Below are positions 26,341-32,000 of a stretch of DNA of 32,000 nt, one piece after another. Each line of letters opens with the position of its first letter. Position 1 is the first letter of the stretch. Origin of the DNA: Candidatus Electrothrix sp. GW3-4 (lineage in GTDB: Bacteria > Desulfobacterota > Desulfobulbia > Desulfobulbales > Desulfobulbaceae); the NCBI RefSeq assembly GCF_037902255.1, contig NZ_CP147990.1, positions 4,020,001 to 4,052,000 of the forward strand, in the 5' to 3' direction. Position numbers and translations under genes: made by a program. Under the pieces are notes generated by a model. It did not search any database. It was not told the origin of the DNA and saw only the letters and a program-made list of their open reading frames with translations.

Positions 26341-27786
26341 AACTATTTGTATGACTCGTTAACAAGCTTTCGTACTGTTTTTTCCCGTGACAAAACCTGG
26401 CTTATTTTTGTCATGATTGTTCTCGGTTTTATTGGCAGCACAGAAATGGTCGGTGTCAGTTCTTTCTGCCGTTTCTGGTTGTTAGAAATACCGGGCTATC
26501 ACACGTTAAATCATTTTTTTCGTTCTTCGGCCTGGACTCTGAACGAATTACTGAATCATTGGTTCTTCTTTGTGAGTTCAAGTGGGTTATGTATGACCTC
26601 ACAAGGACGTATCGTCACACTGGGAGACCATACTGTCCTCTCGCGAGACGGACGAAAAATGCCTGGAGTTGTTACGTTACATCAGGACAGCGACACACAA
26701 AGTAAGCCCAGTTATTTCCGTGGGCAATGCTGGGGGGCTCTTGCTGCGGTTACCGGCGTTGCTCCCCATATGTTCGCTTTGCCGCTGATGTTGCAAATGC
26801 ATCAAGGATATCAACATTTGGGGAAAGAAAACAATGACAATGTACCAACTATGGGAGAATGCATGGTTGATATGGCTCTATTTTTTGCACTGAGGACGAA
26901 CCAGCCTTCTCTATTGGTTCTGGACGCTTTCTTCTCTACAAAAACAGTTTTTAACCGAGCCAAAACGATATACTCATTGACTCTTCAGCAGCCTTTGGTG
27001 GAAATTATTGTCCGGGCAAAAAAGAATTATGTCGCTTATTTTCAAGCAGATCCAAAAGACTATAAGGGATCAGGTTGCTACGCAAAATACGGTGAAAAAG
27101 TTCATCTGATGGAGATTTTTGACCATCAGAGTTGTTTTGCTACAGTTGAAGCACGTATCTACAATAAGGTTGAAACGATCAAGCTGTATCATCTTGATTT
27201 ACTGTGGCAGCCTTTGCGCACCACTCTTCGTTTTGTTTTTGCCGAAACATCTCATGGTCGTATTGTGCTTATGTGTAGCAACGTATCACAGGACCCACTG
27301 GCAGCAATTGAACTGTACTGCCTTAGGGTACGAATTGAAACCATGTTCGATATGCTTAAAAATGTTATCCATGCATTTCAGTGTCATTTCTGGTCAAAAG
27401 GGATGCCAAAACACTCCAGAAAACCCAGAAGAAACAGCGAACTCATTACTCCGAAACCGAAAAACCTACAAGCCATTCAACGATGCTGGGATGCGACAGA
27501 AGGGTTTGTGAATATTGGTGCAATCACCTTGGGATTGCTCCAGTTGGTCGCAACGCTGTTCTCCACGGAGATTTGGCATCAGTATGAAGGGTTCCTCAAG
27601 ACACGTTCACGGGAAATACCTTCTGAACGAACAACGAAAAATGTTCTTGCCGGTTTGCTTATGCGTGATTTTCTCAATGTCGCTCCCAGTGCAATAATGC
27701 GAAAAATCCGCTCCACGATTTTGAAGGGTAAAATTGAGGATAAGATTTTTCGAGATTCAAACGTGTGGACCAGGAAAGCAGCATAA
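26335..27786 (+). CDS. DDE transposase, IS4 superfamily
   Basis: 483 aa with the exact Y-x2-R-x3-E-x6-K signature (YCLRVRIETMFDMLK). Candidate catalytic Asp residues are in LGDHT and LVLDAFF. Confidence 0.85.
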   Translation: MINYLYDSLTSFRTVFSRDKTWLIFVMIVLGFIGSTEMVGVSSFCRFWLLEIPGYHTLNHFFRSSAWTLNELLNHWFFFVSSSGLCMTSQGRIVTLGDHTVLSRDGRKMPGVVTLHQDSDTQSKPSYFRGQCWGALAAVTGVAPHMFALPLMLQMHQGYQHLGKENNDNVPTMGECMVDMALFFALRTNQPSLLVLDAFFSTKTVFNRAKTIYSLTLQQPLVEIIVRAKKNYVAYFQADPKDYKGSGCYAKYGEKVHLMEIFDHQSCFATVEARIYNKVETIKLYHLDLLWQPLRTTLRFVFAETSHGRIVLMCSNVSQDPLAAIELYCLRVRIETMFDMLKNVIHAFQCHFWSKGMPKHSRKPRRNSELITPKPKNLQAIQRCWDATEGFVNIGAITLGLLQLVATLFSTEIWHQYEGFLKTRSREIPSERTTKNVLAGLLMRDFLNVAPSAIMRKIRSTILKGKIEDKIFRDSNVWTRKAA

Positions 27787-28036
27787 CCCAACGCAAATAC
27801 TAAAGGCAGCTTTAATTGATCATAAACCGTTGAGAACTTACGACTGTAGAGTTTTTAAAAGGAACCCTGTGTAAACAGTTCGTCACGAGTGCCCAACAGA
27901 TGGGATTTTTGAAATATTTGTTTTGAAAAAACAAGAAAGATCATTTATTATTTTTAGGTTATTGTGATGGCATATTGCTCACAAAAAATGTTTATTTCTA
28001 GAGGAACTGTGAATTCTTCCCATAAAAGGCGGTTTG

Positions 28037-28447
28037 ATGAAGACTAAAAATGCCCGGCACTATACCCGGGTTGATTTCCAACGAGATGTACACCTTTATT
28101 TCGACGGAAAAAAATATATACACCATACCGTCAACAATCTCAGTTTGGGCGGGCTGTACGTTAAGGGGGCATTTGAGCAGCAACAAGGCGATACCTGTAC
28201 AGTGGAACTCAGCAACCCTGATAATAATCAGTTAGGGATTGAACTGCGTGCCCGTTGCTCTGTTGCCAGGGTGGATGACGATGGTATTGCCCTTGAGTTT
28301 ACCTCAATGGGTCACGAAAGTTTTCTTTTTCTTCAGACGACCTTACTCTACGAAGCTGAGGACCCCATGCAGTTGGGGGCAGAATTCGTCAAGGCGATCT
28401 CTTTTGAGCTGGAGCCAGATGAAGATGATGAAAATGCTGGAGAGTGA
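28037..28447 (+). CDS. PilZ-domain protein (putative c-di-GMP receptor)
   Basis: 136 aa from ATG 28037 (the ORF track starts at TTG 28034). It has RxxxR (RHYTR) and N-x-S-x-x-G (NLSLGG) motifs and an acidic C-terminal tail. Confidence 0.8.
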   Translation: MKTKNARHYTRVDFQRDVHLYFDGKKYIHHTVNNLSLGGLYVKGAFEQQQGDTCTVELSNPDNNQLGIELRARCSVARVDDDGIALEFTSMGHESFLFLQTTLLYEAEDPMQLGAEFVKAISFELEPDEDDENAGE

Positions 28448-28483
28448 TCTTGCTAAAAAAAAACGTCCTGTGCGTACTTCGGA

Positions 28484-29662
28484 CTATTTTTTGGTGATAA
28501 TCGCCATTGCATCACCGTAGCTGAAAAAGCGATAGCCCCGCTCCACAGCCTCCTCATACGCCTTGAAAAGGCGTTCCTTTCCCGCTAATGCGGCAACCAT
28601 AAACAGCAATGAGGACTTGGGAAGATGAAAATTAGTGATAAGGTTGTCCACTATTTTAAATCGGTAACCTGGGTAAATATACAGACCGCAGAGCTCTTCA
28701 ATCGCTCGCAACCTTCCCATCTTATCAGCATATCCGGCAGCAAATTCTAACGTCCTTGCGGTGGTCGTACCTACGGCCCATATCTTGCCGCCGTTTTCCC
28801 TGGTTGTATTTATCGCCTCAGCTGTTTCTTCAGGAACACGAATCAATTCTTTATGCAAGGTATGGTCGCGAATATCCTCACAGCGCACAGGGGCAAACGT
28901 CCCATACCCCACATGCAGAGTAACCTCTGCAAAGCCTATTCCGGCATCTCTTAACTTCTTTATGAATGGATTGCTGAGATGTAAGCCTGCGGTTGGCGCA
29001 GCAACCGAACCGATATGGCGAGCATACTTTGTCTGATAGCGTAGCGCATCTTCCTGAGTGCTGCCTTCAGGTCGCTTGATATAAGGCGGTAGCGGAATTT
29101 CTCCATGTTGCTCCAGAAGCTGTTCAAGATCGGCATGGGCTGGGGAGAAGAGTCTGACTTCTGCCTTGCCGTCAGGGAGCAGGGCCTCTACCCTTGCTTG
29201 CAAGGTATCGGAAAAATGGAGAACGCTCCCCAACTTAGGGCGTTTGGAGCTTTTTATCAAGGCTTGGGTTGTTGTCTGGCAGATACCGTCCTCCTCCTTC
29301 ACATAAACAGGAAACTGAAGAAGAAGCATTTCGACCTTGCCGCTGGTCTCCTTACGTCCGAATAAACGGGCCGGAAAGACCTTGGTGTTATTCACCACCA
29401 ACAGATCACCAGGGCCGAGCAACTCGTAAAGCGTCTCGAACTGGGTATGCCGTCTGCTGTTATCCAGACAATCCAGGACCAGCAGGCGTGATAGGTCTCT
29501 CTGCTTTGCAGGTTGTTGAGCTATCTGTTCTTCCGGTAAAGGATAATCATAGGAGGAGAGACGGTAGATCTCCTGCACGGCATTTTCTGCCATCTCATTA
29601 CATTCAGACATATCAGACATAGTCTTTGCTTGTACGGTCAAGATGTCTTTTGGTCGTTGCAT
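28484..29662 (-). CDS. queA: S-adenosylmethionine:tRNA ribosyltransferase-isomerase
   Basis: YDYPLPEEQIAQQPAKQRDLSRLLVL, VAAPTAGLH, WAVGTTTARTLE and FFSYGDAM. The start is uncertain (ATG 29662, 29620 or 29596), and none has a clear SD. Confidence 0.92.
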   Translation of the reverse strand: MQRPKDILTVQAKTMSDMSECNEMAENAVQEIYRLSSYDYPLPEEQIAQQPAKQRDLSRLLVLDCLDNSRRHTQFETLYELLGPGDLLVVNNTKVFPARLFGRKETSGKVEMLLLQFPVYVKEEDGICQTTTQALIKSSKRPKLGSVLHFSDTLQARVEALLPDGKAEVRLFSPAHADLEQLLEQHGEIPLPPYIKRPEGSTQEDALRYQTKYARHIGSVAAPTAGLHLSNPFIKKLRDAGIGFAEVTLHVGYGTFAPVRCEDIRDHTLHKELIRVPEETAEAINTTRENGGKIWAVGTTTARTLEFAAGYADKMGRLRAIEELCGLYIYPGYRFKIVDNLITNFHLPKSSLLFMVAALAGKERLFKAYEEAVERGYRFFSYGDAMAIITKK

Positions 29663-29833
29663 ACCAAGGACGGTAAGGTTTTGAAATATGCGTTGGAATA
29701 TCAGCGAGAGGTTACGGGAGAAGCTGGGTGGTACCCTGCTGATTGCAGAATACGTCGAAGAAATCCACTGCCGTCACTATGGTTGATCCCCGCCCCGTAA
29801 AGGGCGGGTACTGTCGGTTATCTTGCTGCAAAC

Positions 29834-31948
29834 TTAATTAAACTGCCATACGCTGTTACGGACCGGAGTAGCCTGGCGGACTGGCCATTGCGATTGCGGT
29901 GACCATTGCCGTTGCATATGTTGCGCCGGTGCCTTATCCATGATTACCAAGTCAATAACAGTCGGTTGATTGGGCTGAATTCGTACTTCACGGATAACAG
30001 AGGTGTCTGCCCCTTTTGTCGCTTGAATCTGGCCTTTGAGGTTCTCTTCAGTAAAATCAAACTCAAATTCGCCGTTATAATCTGCCGTTGCGGTATAGGC
30101 CCTGCCAGACAGCACATCCCAGACCTTGATCCGAGCATTTAGCACAGGGTTTCCGTTACTCCTGTACACGACCCGGCCTTTAAGATCAGCCTCTGGTTCC
30201 GGCGCTTGAAAAACCGTCTGACGATTCTGGTACTCAGGAATGTAGGGCCGGTTGAAGGTGATCCCTCCCCGCTGTGTATTACTTTTTGTTGGGTACAATG
30301 AAGTATTCTTCTTATTCTGCTGACACCCACAGCTCTCCGAGCTGGCAGCATTCGACTGCTTGTTAAAGTTATGGTCAGGAGCATATCCTGGATTGTATTG
30401 CGAGCTATGGACGTGCATTTTGCGTGTTGCTTTATCGCTTTGTGCGTCTTTGCTGTCAATCGTTACACAGGTAACCTCCTTATCCCCAGAGGTATAAAAG
30501 GCAAGGGCGGCATTCACCGTTGATTGAGGTGCAACCCAGTCGGAAATATACGGCGCATTTCCGGTTATACTGGAATCGGTTGCTGAGCATTTTACCTTGA
30601 CCTGATCTCCATCAGGATCTCCCCCGGCAGTGACCGAAATATAGGTTGTTTCTCCCGGATCTGTGGCATAGGGATAGGGATTGATCTCTGGAGAGCTGGG
30701 AGCCTGGTTCGCAAAGCGAATACTCATCGTCTTTCTGGTGGAAGGACTGTCTACCCCCTGTCGGCTATGCGCGATGCAATAAATATTTTTTTCTCCAGAA
30801 GAGTAAAAGGTAATTGTTCCATCGACTTCTGCTCCAGGCGGCAACCAATCTGACAGGTAAGGATCATTTACTGTTCTGTTGGAATCATCAGCAGTGCAGC
30901 CTATTCTGACCAGATCTCTGTTCTGGGGATCATGTCCGGCAATGAGCTTGATACTGACAGGCTCATTGACTGAGTCCTGGCTGGGAACCTCAACGATAGG
31001 GGCCGGGGCGCTGGTGATTGTTCTTCGGGTGGACGCAGGAGGCAGAGGCGTCGGCTCAGAGGGTTCGTTCCTCGGTGCAGGATACCCTGAAACGCTCGGA
31101 CCTGGGGTAACAGTAATTGTTCGTTGGCTCAGGGAACTGGTGGCCCCGTAGTTATCCAGGCTATTACAGAAAATAACCTGCGTGCCTGTTGAATGAAAGG
31201 TTAAGGGCACATGAATGGTGTCTCCGCTATAAACCCAGCCGGAACGATAGGGAGCATTTGGGGTATTGTCTGAACTGCTGGCCGTACATTGGATCCTGAC
31301 CATATCATTGTTCTGTGTTTGGCCCGCTGTCACAACAATCTTGACAGCGGTGTTTATTGCTATCCTCTCAGGAGATTCATTAATAATGGGACGCTGCGGT
31401 CCATGAGATCCATGAGTTGGCTGTGTAACGGGCTGTGCATCATCCCAGGGAACAGGCTCGCTTGTTGCTGTTTCGTTTTTTGAGATCTGAACGGGCCCAA
31501 CCCAGGCATAGCCGATATTATTTGTTATAGTCGCAAAGAAACGCTGGGGAAAGGAAGAAACAGAATCAAGATCCAGTCGCAGTTTTGCGGCTTCGCTGCC
31601 CGAGGGGATCTTTCCTGCAACGACCACCGGGCCGTTATGGCTCCCTGATCTGATACTCACACTGTTCGTATTATAAAATGGTCCTTTCTTTGAGGTGATA
31701 CTGAATATGGCAGCGGGTCCATCGATGCGGATATTCATATTCAGGATTTCTCCCCAAGTACCTCCACCACTATCGGTCGTATTAATATCAGCTTGATATT
31801 TCGCTGAGGAATATGGACTATTGTCAGTATATTGGGCAAAGGCATTATTGCTGATGACCAGACAACAACAAGCAACGAACAAGAACAGAGAGCTCCGAGC
31901 CGTACGTATATTGTTCTGCAGCTGTTTTTTGTTTATCAAGGGATTCAT
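29834..31948 (-). CDS. secreted 704-aa protein: signal peptide, novel N-domain, three Cys-pair Ig-like repeats, Q/N-rich linker, CarboxypepD_reg-like C-domain
   Basis: SD GGAGG lies 7 nt before ATG 31948. The signal peptide ends NNAFA|QY. Repeats of about 94 aa lie at residues 187-280, 317-410 and 419-513, each with two Cys exactly 40 residues apart. The C-terminal segment LKGRVVYRSNGNPVLNARIKVWDVLSGRAYTATADYNGEFEFDF resembles carboxypeptidase-regulatory-like domains. Confidence 0.75.
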   Translation of the reverse strand: MNPLINKKQLQNNIRTARSSLFLFVACCCLVISNNAFAQYTDNSPYSSAKYQADINTTDSGGGTWGEILNMNIRIDGPAAIFSITSKKGPFYNTNSVSIRSGSHNGPVVVAGKIPSGSEAAKLRLDLDSVSSFPQRFFATITNNIGYAWVGPVQISKNETATSEPVPWDDAQPVTQPTHGSHGPQRPIINESPERIAINTAVKIVVTAGQTQNNDMVRIQCTASSSDNTPNAPYRSGWVYSGDTIHVPLTFHSTGTQVIFCNSLDNYGATSSLSQRTITVTPGPSVSGYPAPRNEPSEPTPLPPASTRRTITSAPAPIVEVPSQDSVNEPVSIKLIAGHDPQNRDLVRIGCTADDSNRTVNDPYLSDWLPPGAEVDGTITFYSSGEKNIYCIAHSRQGVDSPSTRKTMSIRFANQAPSSPEINPYPYATDPGETTYISVTAGGDPDGDQVKVKCSATDSSITGNAPYISDWVAPQSTVNAALAFYTSGDKEVTCVTIDSKDAQSDKATRKMHVHSSQYNPGYAPDHNFNKQSNAASSESCGCQQNKKNTSLYPTKSNTQRGGITFNRPYIPEYQNRQTVFQAPEPEADLKGRVVYRSNGNPVLNARIKVWDVLSGRAYTATADYNGEFEFDFTEENLKGQIQATKGADTSVIREVRIQPNQPTVIDLVIMDKAPAQHMQRQWSPQSQWPVRQATPVRNSVWQFN

Positions 31949-32000
31949 GATCGGCCTCCGAGAATCAATTCTATAACGTTCGGTATCGCACGAACTGTCA

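Larger units (their letters stand above)
26244..27852 (+). mobile_element. intact 1609-bp insertion sequence, IS4 superfamily (IS701/ISH3/IS1634-like)
   Basis: Perfect 21-bp terminal inverted repeats ACTCTACAGTCGTAAGTTCTC (26244-26264 / 27832-27852). They are flanked by the direct repeat TTTTA (26239-26243 and 27853-27857). There is a single transposase ORF and GC is lower than in the flanks. Confidence 0.88.

Noticed and set aside
27963-27983. TGTGA-N11-TCACA inverted repeat upstream of the PilZ gene (CRP-like half-sites)
   Set aside because: The spacer is 11 nt instead of the 6 nt required for CRP/FNR-family sites. With 5-bp arms only, it is likely chance.
28454-28491. A9 - short hairpin - T6 between convergent PilZ and queA as a bidirectional terminator
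   Set aside because: The stem is only 4 bp (GTCC/GGAC) and the T-run lies inside the queA coding sequence. This is too weak to call.
29789-29808. GC hairpin CCCGCCC-cgtaaa-GGGCGGG after the 704-aa gene
   Set aside because: No U-tract follows on the minus strand, so it is not a canonical intrinsic terminator. It may be a stabilising 3' hairpin, but that is not supportable beyond the stem itself.

Overview
This is a chromosomal, mostly housekeeping window of roughly 50% GC. A split F1Fo operon with a b/b' pair, MvhD/MetV-type redox genes and a GroEL GGM tail suggest a Desulfobacterota (deltaproteobacterial) genome; that placement is inference only. Gene order: pstC (partial, absent from the supplied ORF track because it has no stop in the window) and phoU on the minus strand, then a 705-bp repeat-rich non-coding spacer, then phoB-phoR (+). 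Next come a DUF89 protein, a TtcA-family protein, a lipoprotein and hisB (all -), and a rhomboid protease (+). Then follow a small ORF, tRNA-Met(CAT), groES-groEL, ilvE, atpF'-F-H-A-G-D-C, ptsN, rpoN, lptB, lptA and a polyferredoxin/MvhD/MetV-like trio (all -). The window ends with one intact IS4-superfamily insertion sequence (+), a PilZ gene (+), queA (-) and a 704-aa secreted repeat protein (-). I saw no CRISPR array, rRNA, prophage or recognisable defence or toxin cluster, and I cannot point to a convincing novel multi-gene system. The signals the gene list does not explain are: (1) the phoU-phoB spacer, with Pho-box-like 11-bp phased repeats at both ends, a 10-bp perfect inverted repeat enclosing three palindromes at exact 23-bp spacing, and a Cys-rich mini-ORF; (2) a two-hairpin element of about 75 nt present twice around the rhomboid gene, with structure-preserving differences; (3) a signal peptide plus His-rich acidic extension on ATP synthase subunit b; (4) an orphan polyferredoxin-MvhD-MetV module; (5) a freshly inserted IS with read-through-proof start-codon sequestration; (6) a secreted protein with three Cys-pair Ig-like repeats. 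All functional readings are inference from sequence and need the checks listed.
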